NCBI GenBank assembly: GCA_028534125.1
Contig: CM052820.1
Span: forward strand, 6,138,001 to 6,202,000
Direction of reading: 5' to 3'
Source: Lama glama
Taxonomy: Eukaryota
DNA: 64,000 nt
The notes under the pieces are model-generated. The model had not been told where the DNA came from, did no database searches, and worked only from the letters and a program-made list of their open reading frames with translations. Shown in pieces: positions 23,658-37,000 of this stretch; positions within the stretch are counted from its first letter, which is position 1, and the number at the start of each line of letters is the position of its first letter. The position numbers and the translations under genes are program-made.

Positions 23658-25499
23658 TCAATGAGATTCGTTATAAGAAATAACCTTACAAAGTCTCTCT
23701 CTTCCCCCTGAAACAAGAATCTACTTCTGATACTGAAATCAGAAAATGCCCAGTCACAGAAATTATGCTCACTCTTATAGAGTTCCTATTACTTCTGCCC
23801 CCTTTCCTTGTTTCTTATTTTCTTTCTTTTTACTGTATTCATTTTACTGTTTATTTCCTTTGTTGTAAGTTTTCTCAAATCCTTTTTGGAAATAGATGAG
23901 AGTATACATATATAAAGTTCTTCAAAATAAGCCAAATAAACATAAAAATATGAGATACAAATACAACCTGATTAAACAATGATCATGATGGTAGGCATTC
24001 AGTTCATGGAAGAAAGAAAACGGGACATTCTCATACAACCTCGGAGCCAGTGATCAAGCTGGCTCTATTCTTGAAAAAACAGGAGAGAACAGAATGATCT
24101 TCCAGGGAATTGGCCTCAGTTTCCAGGGACTTGAGGAGTTGAGGAGTTACATAACCCCAAGCCGGGAGCCAGCAGCTCTGGCCTGGTCTCTCTTCTTTCC
24201 CAGACTCTGGGGTGCTAGTGGGGCTCTGATGGCCTTTGCCTTCCAACCTGTAAAATGGAGCTGAGTTCCTCTATGGTCATCCTTGTGGCTGGTTTTATGA
24301 ATGAATGTGAGATACTTGCTAGGTTTACTGGAAGCAAGCATCTGTAATAAGTCCTTGCTATATCTGTTAGAAGAGAAGCTCTAAAGATTTTAGGAGGACC
24401 AGTGCTCACATCTTTAGATGTTTTAATAAAAAAGAAGCAGCAGTGAAGACTTCACCTGCATAAAGCTGTCTTATATAGCCAAGGGCAACTGTCACAGTTC
24501 ATGACCTGATTCCCTGCTCATTCTGCTTCCTTCCTCCCAGACAATGCCAAATGTCCCAGCAAATATTCCAGGACAACATTCTAAGGTCCTTTCTGGTCCC
24601 GGGGCAGCCACTCTGCCCCACTGTCCTGCTCCTCCAACCTGCCTTCAACCTGCAGCAGTGGCCTTAGCAGCACCTCCTGGTAGAAGAATCACTGTCCACG
24701 GCCATCCAGTTACAAACTGTCCGTTGATCTGACAACACTTAGTAGATTGCTCAGAATAAACTGGAAGGGACCCCCAGGAGGCCCATACCTGGGGTTACTG
24801 GAGGTTCCAAATCTCATGCAAAATACTTACTAGTGTCTTAAGTAGCCTTTTTCTTTTTGAACACATATCAATCTAATAGGTACCATTCTAACTATGGTAA
24901 AAACCAAAGAACATATGGATATTGTGAACTTGAAAGAAAATTCAGAAAGAAGTCTACAGTTAAGATGAAAGGCAAAGATCAAAAAAATTTAAAGAGGTTA
25001 GTGGAGGATATTAGAAAGGGCCAGAATCCAGTAAGAAGGAAAATGAACAGATTTTCTATTTGCCTTGCTAACTGAAAAGTCAGCTCTGGTAATAGAGACT
25101 CCTTGGATAATCTCACAGAGTAGAAAATAATTTAAGAAACTAGACATAATGCTAAATGTTAAAAAAATAAATTTCACAATAATCTTAGGGGAACATTTTC
25201 ATTAAGCAGAAATTTGTTTTCCCTCCAACCTCTGTATAATCTCTCTAGGGGCTCTGGGCTGGAACACAGGGGACAGACAGTCAGAGGCTCTCACTGTCTG
25301 CAGAAGCCTTGGGGATGCTCTGGAATAACTTTCTGCCCATTACACTGGACTAGCTTTCTCTCTAGTGCTCTTAAGACTTCATGCTTTTGCTGCAACCTTC
25401 ATGTCTGGGACACAGGACTTACTACACCGGAAAGGTGCTCACTCGTTCCACTTGTGAATGGGTGAACCTCTAAACAACAAGCAGCACTGTACAGAAGTA

Positions 25500-25670
25500 A
25501 AGGGTACAGACACTTCAGGCTGGCTCTGAATCCTGGCTTTATTTCCTACTACCTGTATGACCTGAGGCAAGTTACCTTAACCTCTTTGTACCTCAGTTTT
25601 CTTCTCTGTAAAATGGGGACAATAATAGTAACTACTTCATAGGGTTGTTGTGAAAATTAAATGAGGGAAA
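25500..25670 (+). mobile_element. MIR SINE
   Basis: Well-preserved core: tgacctgaggcaagttaccttaacctctttgtacctcagttttcttctctgtaaaatggggacaataatag. Confidence 0.85.
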
Positions 25671-26938
25671 CCTGGCTATGGCAAACAATTCTGTTTCTGA
25701 TGTAATAAGGCCTGGGATTATTTCTTATCAAGAGTTGAGATCAAAATTGAAAAGAGGACACAGTGGAACAAGCTGACTGGGTGGGACTCAACAGTTTCAG
25801 ATGAGATCACTCTAAAATTCGAGGAATTTCCATAATAATAGGGTTCGATTTCTTAATTAGAGCAATCTTTGGGGAGCCACTTCTCTCTGCACAGGACACA
25901 CAGCAGGAGAGCACTCCGCAGGAAAACATGGCCTTCAAAGGTCCCCGGCTGCTTCAGCAGCTCCCCCAGGACCCAGGGCTCACTCGGCGGCCAGGCGGCT
26001 GCAAGCTGACCATCTAGGGCAGCCGTCTCGTATTCTCAGGTGACCAGGTCTCCTGGGCTGCTTCCCACTGAAGCAGCAGACAGGGAGGCCGAAGTGCCCC
26101 TAAAAGAGGCTCGTCCCTCAGGAGAAAAGCTTCCAAGGCCCTGCCACGTTGGCAGATGTGCTTCAACATGGAGGCCGTCCAGAGCCTCTGCATCGGCAAC
26201 AACTTGTCGGCTAATCTCTTCTGGGGGAAGGAACGGGCCGCAACGACCTGCTAGAGCATGGCAGAGGGCTGGCTTCCCACAGTCCGGATACGAGAAAATT
26301 GCTTCTATCGTGGTCTGATTCTTCTCCTTCATTCTCAAGTTGAAACATGTCTCCAGCTGCGTGTTTGTTTAACTATCACAGCAACCAACTAGATTGTAAG
26401 CTCCAATAGAGAAATCCCAATCGATTACTATTTCTGATTCCCCATAAACCTTTACTAAATAAAAGATTTCTAGGTGATGCAGGGCCCTGCAATAAGCAGC
26501 AGAAATAACAGCTTCCGTAAGCAATCAAACACGGCACCAAGAACTTAAACTTGGCAGGCCCAGGATTGGCACCCAGACCCATCTAACTACAGTCGGTGCA
26601 TTCCCCACTGGGCCACACTTGGTATTTTTCCTTCTATAAAGAGAGCACCAAGTTGGAAGCCAGGGGCTCTGATAATTTACTTCTTTCTTCTCGATTTTAA
26701 TAGATGTAGGACAGCAAATGGTGCTTAGTGTCAGTCTTTTATGGGTCGCTGGCAAAGGTCTAACTGAAGAAGAACTGGAATTTAAGACGTGTCACCTTCA
26801 TGAGAGGCTGAATAGAACACCTGCCCAGCTTCAGGTGGAGAAGCTGGACTAGAGGCAGCAGACACTTGGTGGGGCTGCCAGAGGCAGTGTCCTGCCTGGA
26901 GACTGGAGGTGCCAGGGAAGCCCACTTAAGTGAGAGTA

Positions 26939-26941
<3 letters not shown>

Positions 26942-26991
<50 letters not shown>
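26942..26991 (+). repeat. Perfect (GA)25 microsatellite
   Basis: Direct read; continues into a GGGA-rich tail. Confidence 0.95.
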
Positions 26992-26996
<5 letters not shown>

Positions 26997-28294
26997 GAGA
27001 GAGGGAGGGAGGGAGAAAGAGAAATGGGTTGGCTCTGCTTTTCCAATTCAGCAAACCTGACCTCTGGTTGACACAGCTCAGTCACACAGTTCATTAGTAA
27101 TAAGAGCAAACTAGAGCCAAGGGCTTCTAACTCTCAGGGTTTGAAAAAGATGAAAAGAAGAAACACCAGTCAGCTAAACAACATACTGGACAGTAGGAAT
27201 AAAAAAGGAAAACAAAGCAACAACAACAAAAGCTAAGATTAATATACAATCTATTACTATCCTATTGAAAAAAATGTTGGGGACCCATATAGCCAGTTTC
27301 TATTATGTAAGCCATGAGCTTCTGTCCATGACTTCATCTGTAAAATGAAAGCCTCAGAAGAGATGCTGTCTTCAGCTCCTTCCAGCCATGAACTTCACAA
27401 GTCTGTGAGCAAGCACCTGGTGAACACGCTCCCTGTGCTGCTCAGCACCGTACCAGACACCACGGGAGGCCCCGGGGGAAAGGACAGTCCAGGCTGGCAG
27501 AGAGGACCAAGTCCCACCGACTACTACACTGTCAGAGCTCAGAGAGGGACCTGGTCGAGTGGCCCATATGGAGTAGATGAGGCCTGTGAGTCCAGCAGGA
27601 CAGCAAGGATTTGAAAGATGCAGATGGAAGAGTCCAGGTAATCGGGAAAAAAAAGACTTTAGTTCTCCTCGGGCACAGACCACATGGGCCATATCCATGT
27701 TCATCACTGTCTTCCCAAGAGTCTTTGACAAAGTAGGTCCTCAAGAAATAATTGTTGATGGAGTAAATGACCAAAACCAGAGAAATAAGAATGAATATGC
27801 ACTGTTCTGTGAATACGTATGAGGTTGGTCTGACTACAAAGCAGAGGGTACAACATGGGAGAGAAAAATCACATTGATGGTGGTAACAAAAAAGAGTATG
27901 CGTAATAAATCTTCCTGTGCCAGTAAGCACATTAGTGTGCTCTCTCGATGGATTTTCTTAACAAGCTCATAGGATGGGTGCTGTTACCAGCTGGGGACAC
28001 GGAGGCTCACAGAAGTTGGGAAGCTTGCCCAGGTCACGCAATTACAGCCCTGGGACTAAATGCAGGGCCCCTGTCTCTCAGTTCAGTACTTTCCCATAAG
28101 ACATCAGAGCCGTGGGTTACATCTGACAGAGGCTAAATCCCAGACTCTCTCATGGTATGTGTTCCTCTCCTAGGCCACCTTCGCTATATGATGTGGACTG
28201 CTTTCTGAGAGCAAGCAACTTCTGAGCTGAGACCTTCCCAGGTGCAATGCTGGTGTCCCACTCAGGTGAATTAAACAACCCACCTCTTGTTTTG

Positions 28295-28640
28295 AGAAAA
28301 CTAGAGATTTACAGAAAGAGCAAAGATAGTACAAAGAGGCTTTGTGTTCTCTTTACCCAATTTCCACCAAAGGTGACATCTTACATAATCATAACACAGT
28401 ATCAAACCCAGGGAAGTGACATAGGCATGATCTGTGTGTCTAGTTCTGTCATCTAGACACCTGTGTAGATGTGTGTAGCTGCCACTGCAACCTGGATACA
28501 GAACTGTTCCCTCATCACAAAGACCCCGCCTTGGGCCACCTTGCTCTCCGCCACCGTCCCCAACTCTTGGCAGCCACAACTCTGTTCTCCAGCTCTATAA
28601 TTCTGCCATTTTAAGAGTGTTATATAAATGGAATCGCACA
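28295..28640 (-). mobile_element. L1MB-type 3' end
   Basis: agatttacagaaagagcaaagatagtacaaagagg...ctgttctccagctctataattctgccattttaagagtgttatataaatggaatc. Confidence 0.75.
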
Positions 28641-28759
28641 GTATTTTAAAATAGCTCTTCAAAGTTATCCTAAGAGTAAGACTTGATCCATTTTTCAGAT
28701 TTTCTAGAAGAATATAAAACAAGAGAAGTATAAAAGTTAAGCAGAATAAGGAAGGTTTC

Positions 28760-28925
28760 TATCCTAGTTCTGCCACTTCCAAAGATGAGACTTTTGACAA
28801 GTTAGTTGACCCCAAGTCTCAGTTTCCTCATCTATAAAAATGGGTGTAAGGTTTAAGGATTAAATGAGGTAACATGTGAAAGCATTTGGCAAATGGCAGG
28901 TACTCAATAAATTCTAGCTGTTTGT
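28760..28925 (+). mobile_element. MIR SINE
   Basis: tctcagtttcctcatctataaaaatggg...aggattaaatgaggtaacatgtgaaagcatttggca. Confidence 0.8.
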
Positions 28926-29775
28926 TATTATTAAAATTAGGCCAAGGAAGCCTCTGTGTTTCTTTATAGAATATCAGGCTCTTCCCGGTCACAGACGATT
29001 AAGGAAATGACCAGCCAGCCCTTAAATGACCCCAGGTTATTCTTCTCTTTGCTTCCCAAGACTCCACTGTGGACTTTTCAAAGGCGCTTCCAACAGGCAT
29101 CTTCATGTGCACACCCTCATGAGAACAAGCAGCCACTCCCCACGCCAGATTCACTAGGGGGCCTAGAGTTCTGAAAGCAGGAAAAACAGTCAAGCACTCT
29201 CTGTTTAGCACAGAATGCCTCCAGAGGACAGCCAGGGTTTGTGTAGAGGCCCAGCAGCACGCTGAGCACAGAGAAGGGACGGTGCCAAAGGGAGGCAGGG
29301 GTCAGACGTGTGATCAAATTAGGTGCTGCATGGATACCCCACAAAGCTCAGCATCACTCAAAGGACGGATGTGTGAAGGGTGACAATGGCCCACGCTACC
29401 CACGAGGTCACCTTTACTATGACTAGCTATGGAAATCTGAAAAAATCTCCCCCAAAATCCCCTATGTAAAGACTCCATTATATAGTTGAGAGAGCACTTG
29501 ACTTCGAGCCTTTGAGTAGCTGGGAACCCAGCACAAATGGCTGGCTATATCTTAAGCAATATGCCCAAGGTCCATTGAAAACAGACAAAAACGGGTATTC
29601 AGGATCCTTCATGATTTATTGAAAGTGGCATTGTCTGTGCCTTTGCATGGCACCAGCAGGGGTGGGATCGAGGGCACTCCTCCTGACGGCGGGGTCACTC
29701 CATGTGTCTCCTGTTCCCTTGGACTTTTCAACTCCCCTGGCCTGCATTCACTCACACACTTTTTTTCCTTTGAAG

Positions 29776-30000
29776 NNNNNNNNNNNNNNNNNNNNNNNNN
29801 NNNNNNNNNNNNNNNNNNNNNNNNNNNNNNNNNNNNNNNNNNNNNNNNNNNNNNNNNNNNNNNNNNNNNNNNNNNNNNNNNNNNNNNNNNNNNNNNNNNN
29901 NNNNNNNNNNNNNNNNNNNNNNNNNNNNNNNNNNNNNNNNNNNNNNNNNNNNNNNNNNNNNNNNNNNNNNNNNNNNNNNNNNNNNNNNNNNNNNNNNNNN
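29776..30000. other. Assembly gap (225 N), probably spanning a purine-rich simple repeat
   Basis: Flanks read ...gaag and aagaaggtaaggagggaggg. Confidence 0.9.
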
Positions 30001-30529
30001 AAGAAGGTAAGGAGGGAGGGAGGGCGGAAGAGCGCGGATGATGGCTGCTCTCCTCCAGCTCTGTGCCGACAGGAAGCCCTCCTCTGGCGCCTTGGCTGAT
30101 GGAGGGGGGACAGAGGCTTTCGTGCTGTGCCACGTGGGGCTCCTCAGGGCCTGTGTGTGCTCATGCTGCCTCTCTCAGTAGCCTTTAAATCATATTTCAA
30201 GTCCTGCTTACTGTGCTTGGGAAGACAGATGTGTTTCTGGTGTTTCCAAGAACACTTCTGTACCCTGAGCAGAGGAAGAACCCACGGCGGGGTGGCAGAG
30301 GTGCGCCAGACTTCCGTGGCTGGCCGCCTCGTGGGTATCTTTAACCAGATGGCCCCAATGCACCTCAAGTTCAGAGGGTTCCCAGCTGACGCCTGCTTCT
30401 CCTCCTGCGATGGTGGAGGGACTCTGCTGGGTGCCACCACAACTGCCCAGCTGCCAAGTCAGAAACCCAGAAGTATTCAGATGTCCCCCACTCCCTGCTC
30501 CCTTTTTTGGTTCTGATTCTACCTCCTCA

Positions 30530-31100
30530 GCACCTTTCCCATCTGGGCCTTCCTACCCGCTGTATAATGTCAGGTTGTGGGGGCGGGGGGTGCCTCACCT
30601 AGATTACCACTGCAGCCATCTACCTGGCTTCCTGGATGTCCACCTTGACCCCTTCCAATTCACTCTCCACAGAGTTGCCAGAGAGAGTTTTCTAAAAAGA
30701 AAGTCCTAGCCCACCACTCCCATATGTAAAATGCTTCCAGGGTACCAAGCTGAATTCAAGAAAACACTCATATTTCAAGGCAGAGCAAACAAAGTCCTCC
30801 AAGATTTGCCCTAGTTACATTTCTGACAGCATCTCCCACTGCCCCTGTGAGTCCCTCCTATGACACAGCCATGCCAATGGCCTGCACATACCACATCCCT
30901 GCACTGCTCCACCTGGAACATCCTTGGAGACGCCATTCCCAAACCTGCTCCCAATAGCTCTCCTTTACTAGAACAGGAACCTTCTCCCAGCTCCTATCAA
31001 CCCAGCACAGAGCATCCACTGGACCACACGTTTTGTAGAGACAGGGCCATGTCTTACCTGTCCTGCAATGATTGACATAAAGTTAATAATCAATGTTGTT
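30530..31100 (+). mobile_element. L2 fragment
   Basis: ctcacctagattaccactgcagcc...ttccaattcactctccacagagttgccagagagagttttctaaaa. Confidence 0.6.
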
Positions 31101-31759
31101 TTCTGAATACTTTTGCTACAGTGTGCTACATTTTCCCATGGATGAAAGATGGCAGGCCTCTACTCAGTTTGGCTGAGCGCAGTCATTTCACAGATTTTTA
31201 TCAAACATTAGCTGCACATCCTTCCCAGGCAAGCAATCCTTGGCCTCTCACCCACAACAGGCTTTCTTCCCACCACATTACACTCCAGCTGTTCTGAGGA
31301 AAACCCAGTTCCAATGACAGTCATAACTAGTAAGCTGCCTTGTTGACTATAATTTTTAAAAGCCCCTCGGTTATGGGATTAAAGCATGATCGGGTGAGTC
31401 ACTGACATGGGTGTTTGCATGTAATCGACAAAGTCCTGTGCTTGGCACCAATCACCATCCTGACTTTGTGCAGCAGTCAGAAGGATTTATCTAAAAAGTT
31501 TAGAGGTTTTTCTCATATCATCCTCACTCTCCTTTAAAAGATACAATCTCTACTTTTACGCTAGGTCTTAAGCCAGAGAAGTCTTATATCTGTTTAAAAG
31601 CCACTCCTGGGAAGCCTCTGATGTCCACGCCTCCTTTCTGGATGGTTCCTGGAGGGCATCATGCCTGGCTAGGCTCCTAGGACTGACTCCATTCCAAATC
31701 TGCTCAGGTGTGTCTGTCTCTGTGAATGGGACTTTTCTAAAAGAAGCTTCTGGGGCTAG

Positions 31760-32660
31760 GAAATAAGTGAAGCACCTAAATGTAAACCCTAAAACTATAA
31801 AACTTCCAGAAGAAAACACAATCTTTGTGACCTTGGGTTAGTCAAAGATTTCCTAGATATGACACCAAAAGCACGATCCATAACAGAAAAATTCAATAAA
31901 TTGGACTCCATCAAAACTTAAAACTTTTGCTCTTCAAAAGAGTATAAAAAGATAAGCCAGANNNNNNNNNNNNNNNNNNNNNNNNNNNNNNNNNNNNNNN
32001 NNNNNNNNNNNNNNNNNNNNNNNNNNNNNNNNNNNNNNNNNNNNNNNNNNNNNNNNNNNNNNNNNNNNNNNNNNNNNNNNNNNNNNNNNNNNNNNNNNNN
32101 NNNNNNGAAGCGGGCAAAAGATATAAACAGACATGTCACCAAAAAAGATATGCAGATGGAAAATATGCACATTAAAAAGATGCTCCACATCCTTAGTCAT
32201 TAGGAAAATACAAAGTAAAACCACAATGAAATACTGCTACACATCTTAGCGTTCTCCTTTCCAAGTATTTACCCAAGTGAATGAAAACTTTAAACTGTCA
32301 CACAAAAGCCTGTAGGCATATGTTTCTAGCAGCATTACTTCTAATCACCCAAATCTGTACCATGGAATACTACTCTGCAATAAAAGGGAATGAACACTTG
32401 ATACACATAAACACAAGTGTGAACCTCAAGTGCGTGATGCTAAGTCAAAGAAGCTAGACTCAAAAGCTACTGTCCGATTCCATTTATATGACACCCTGGA
32501 AAAGGCGACACTACAGGGACAGAAAACAGTGTAGCGCTTGCCAGGCGCCAAGGGGGGAGAGGGTTTGCAGGCATTTTCTGGGGTGGTGGAACTGTTCTTT
32601 ATCTTGATTGTGGCTACGTGTAGCTTGTAGAACTGAATACCAAAGAGAGTGAATTTTACC
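31760..32660 (+). mobile_element. L1MC/MB-type 3' region
   Basis: cctaaatgtaaaccctaaaactataaaacttccagaagaaaaca...aaaagatgctccacatccttagtcattaggaaaatacaaagtaaaaccacaatga...gattccatttatatgaca. Confidence 0.85.
31962..32106. other. Assembly gap inside an old L1
   Basis: N run with L1 ORF2-end sequence on both sides. Confidence 0.95.
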
Positions 32661-33779
32661 TTACCTTACTTGGGGAAAAAATAATTCTGGCTAAAAATGT
32701 GACTCGTGGGTGTAGTGTTTTAAGGTGTTAGGAGATTCTAGTGATAGTATATAAACTCCTCCTTTCATAGAAATGGCAAAGAAAGGACTCAAGAGTTGAT
32801 CGAACCCACAAGCAGTAGAACAAACGCAAGCTGAAACAATAATAAAACATCATTTCCAACCTATCATATTAACAAAGATTAAATCAAAGCCACAAACTCT
32901 CAATTTGGTGAGAGGCGGTGACAATGCACTATTGTTCCCTGCTCGGGAAAGCCTAAATTAGTCTAACCCTTCTGGAAAATTATCTGATAGCCTGAATCAA
33001 AAGCTCTAAAAATGTACCTACTTAGGATACGCAGAAAAAAGTTATTACTAGATGATGGGTGACTGATGGCTATTTTGGGCTTACTTGTCAATTTCTAAAT
33101 TTTTATAAAACAAATACATGTTACTTTAATACCATAATAAAAGTTGATTAAAAAAGAGAAAGAACTACAGAAAAATAGTTATTTCTTTCAATCCAGTCAT
33201 TCTAAGAATGTATTCCCATGGAAATAACCCAAAATGATTTTTGAATTTTACTCATAAGAATAGTAATTGCAGTGTTATTTGTAACAGCAAAACCCAAAAA
33301 CAACCTTGTGGGACCACCATAAGGAAAGGCTACGTAAGCTGTGGTGTATCTATACAGATGGACTATTTTCTGTCTCCTGCTCAGGTGACGTGGAGCGTGA
33401 TGTGCGGCTCTATTTCTTCCCCTTCCTTGCTCACAAATCTTGCCTGCTACCTGTTAATGAATCCAGTACCAACTCCTGAGTCTCCCAGTCTCATCTCTTA
33501 CTGCTGTGCCCCTTCCACACACCCAGCCAAGCCGGACCACCCCTCACGGCGCAGTAGAAGACCACCATTTCTTGCCCCTGCACCTTCATTTCAAATCCTT
33601 CTCCTCCACCCAGACCCACCTGATGGAACACAACTGAGGTGACATCTTTCCAGGCCACAGCTGTTGGTGGCCTGTACTGCAGCCCTCACTGGGTTCTTCT
33701 CTGTTAGAGGTGGCTCTTTTGTGAGGACAGAAATGGGGCCTTTCTCAGCATCTGGGCACATTGCTAACATCCATTTGGT

Positions 33780-34025
33780 CTTATGTGTCAGAGAATGTTC
33801 TAAGTGTTTTATGGGTACAACTCAGTTAACCTAACAACACTGCCACGGCATAGGTATTATTTCCATTTTACTGATGGTTATCTCAGGAAAATGTAATCTC
33901 ATTTCATTTATTATTATCTTATCTTAGGAAACTGAGGCACAGAAAAGTGGAAGTCCCACAGCTAAGAGAAAGAGTCAGGATGAGAACCCAGGTGGTCTGA
34001 TGCAGGGTCCACGCTCATAAGCTCT
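33780..34025 (-). mobile_element. MIR SINE
   Basis: ggaaactgaggcacagaaaagt...cacagctaag...gagtcaggatgagaacccagg. Confidence 0.7.
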
Positions 34026-37000
34026 ACATTCTAGTCACTGACTTCAAGCTGGTTTAACAGGAGAGCTGGGCCTGGGGCAGAGTCTGGAGCAGAAGCATGC
34101 ACCAAAAAGGAACTCAGAGCTAGGCCTCTGGGCAAACAGGGCAGATCTCCACCAAGAAGTCCTCGGCAACAAGGAGTCAGGAGTCCAGGCCTAGAGGCTG
34201 GACAGACAGGAGGACAGGGAGAAGCACCGGCAGAGCTCTGTTCCCTCTGCTTAGGGTCAGAAGTGTGTTCCTGCAGGCCAGCTGGGGAATCAGGCGAGCC
34301 CGTGAACTTGGCTGCACGGAAGCTTGTAGGAAAAGCTAAGTCCAGTGCTTGGCTGGGGTGGAGGGCAGGAGAATGGAAGGGAAAGAACAGATAGTAGCAA
34401 ATCAGTTTTCAACTGCCTGATGGCCAAGCCGGCATTCTCAGAGCTCAGAAACAGCTCCCTGTTCAAAGGTACCTCAAACCCAGTACACTGGTATTCATTA
34501 GCAAATTTTCTGATTTGGAAGACTGCCGATTTAATGCTGACAAGCAGCAGGTAAGAAACCTGCTGGGATTCCCTCCCTGGGTGATGCTTTTGGGGTCTGC
34601 ACTCATTTCCTTCCACTCTGGCAGATTTCCTTCACTCCCCTCTCGCTAGTGGTAGGGGGTGGCTCACAATTCAAGGGGAAAATTAAATAATTTCTATTTT
34701 CAACATTTCTACCATTTTCTTATAGCAAAGTGTTAATTTCTATTTTGCACAGGAGAAAAATTTTAAAACAGAATGACTTTGTTTCCAATTTTAAAGTGAC
34801 CCCTTCCAATCAAGTATATCTCATGTAATATACCAAAGCAGCCACGTCCACACTCAGCCCAACCTCAGCTTTTCCCGTGTGCCCCCTTGTTCTGTTTCTG
34901 TCTCTAATTCCTCCATGAGACATGAAGGTACTCTGAGGGCTGGGAGCTGGGACCACGTTTTGATCTCTGTCCCAAAATCTAGTGTAGTACTTGGTACCTG
35001 GTAGATATTTTGAAAAATGTAAGAAATTAAAAACATAAGTCAAAAGGCATGTTCTAAAATTACAAAATACTTTTAAAGCTCTTAAATTCTCTTTAGTTAA
35101 AAAATGTTGTTATGTGCTATTTAAGTGGGAATGGAAGAAGTGTTACAAAACAACAGTGTCACAATAATATCATTCTTTAAAAATGTAAGGATTTCTTGAG
35201 GAATAACAAACAGGGCCACACCTCTCAGTTCTAGACTGTAAAATGGGCACAGTGTCCTTGAGCACCCACTGACCTCAAGACATCTCGAGTGCTAGGACAG
35301 CCTGGAGCTCACCTCTTCTGGACCAGCACCACAGATTTATGAGTGAGAAAGAAACTGCCCCAAGGGATCTGCCTTCTACACAGCTGATACTCAAGAATGT
35401 AGGCAGGGAGGGAGAAGAAGGGATTAAAAAAACAAAACTACAAAATGAAATGACTGAAAACCTCTGACGTACTGCACCAGGCGCCTAGAGGAGAGACGGG
35501 GAAAGAGGCCTGAGATATGTGGAGAAGGAGGCAGCCTATGCGAAGCAGGCTTCCAGAGGAAGTGGGTTATGTGGGACTCGGAGGATCAAGTGGAGGCCCA
35601 GACTATTCGAAGGCGGGGAAGGACCAGTGAGTAAGGCAGATGGGCTGGTGGGAAACAGGGAACACAAAACACAGGCCACATCACAGAGGGCCTCCAAAGC
35701 CAGGAGGTGTTTGGATCTGATGGAACAATCCTGTAGTTCTCAAAGGCTGATCTGAGATCAACAAAATGAGAGAAAAGCTTTCCACAAAGCTCAACCAGGT
35801 CAAAGTAAAAGATTGCCCTGAACTATGAAATTATGTCTCTCCTTTGTTTTGGTGCTAAAATGTTTTTATTTATAAAATCATGGAGATGGTAGATGGCAAT
35901 TGGCTTTTAAAGAAAACCCTTTTTGGCAAAATAAAACCTGGCAACCCTATACCTATCCCAGGATATATATGGAAATCTTACTGCCCATGAAATTTGCTTC
36001 CGGAGACTGCAGGTTCTTGAGTGACGTGAAAGCGCACCAGGGGAAGGTAGGCCTGGCGGCGTTGTTTAAGACAGACAGCTAATAGAACAGAAGCAGAGTC
36101 CCCCGCTTGCAGCACCACGAAAATCGAAATTCACTGGGCTTGCCCCAAGCAGCAGTCATGGTTGAAATCTAAGGATCAGCTGCAAGGGCTCCCTTTCCCC
36201 AACGCAGGTTTTACTAACGTCAAAGGATTCCATGTCTCTTATGTAGCTGTTTGGCTCACATTCGAGTGACGTGGGATGTGACATGGGGGCAGGGTGAGGA
36301 CGTGCAGAGTGTCCTGTGAATAGAAAGGGGAGAGTCCAAGAGCTTCCTAATCATGAGTTCAATTACCCAAAAGACAGAGTCCTGGAGGAGCCAAATCTGT
36401 CTGTCAAGGCCACTAACCTGAAAGGCTTGCATCTTAGAACAAAGGGCACCAGCCACTACCCTGCTCTACCTCCATGTTTCTTATCTGTTATCCTGCCAGA
36501 GTGAGAGCCCTTGGTCTCGATTCCCTGTCCCCTGGAAGTGCTAGGGACTTGAATTTGAGTCATCTGGGCACACTCTCAGCCGTGCTGTGAGTTCTCGTCT
36601 CAGACAGCCCAGCAGCGACTACACAGAACCTCTGTCTTGTGGAAACCATTTCTATCAAAAGCAAAACCAGGCTCTGATCAGAATTCACAGGGGGAGCATC
36701 AGCCTGGGATTTCTACTGTGGTATGCAAATCATTTCCATCTCATCATGGGGGTGGGGGATAGCAGCTGATGGTAGCACACCCAGAATGTTCGACACTTTT
36801 TGAGAGGCAGGCGAGGGGATTTGGTGCCTTGCCCACCTTTCCATGACAGCCAGTCAGGTCTCTCACCAGCCTGAGCATCTCCATTCCCGGGGTGGCACAC
36901 TGCAGGGGCTTCTTTGCCTTCCCTGGAGAGCCTCTTCTGCCAGGCTCCAGAGCAGCACAGCTTGGTCTGAGGATACAGGGGTGAGCACGGAAGTGCTCAG

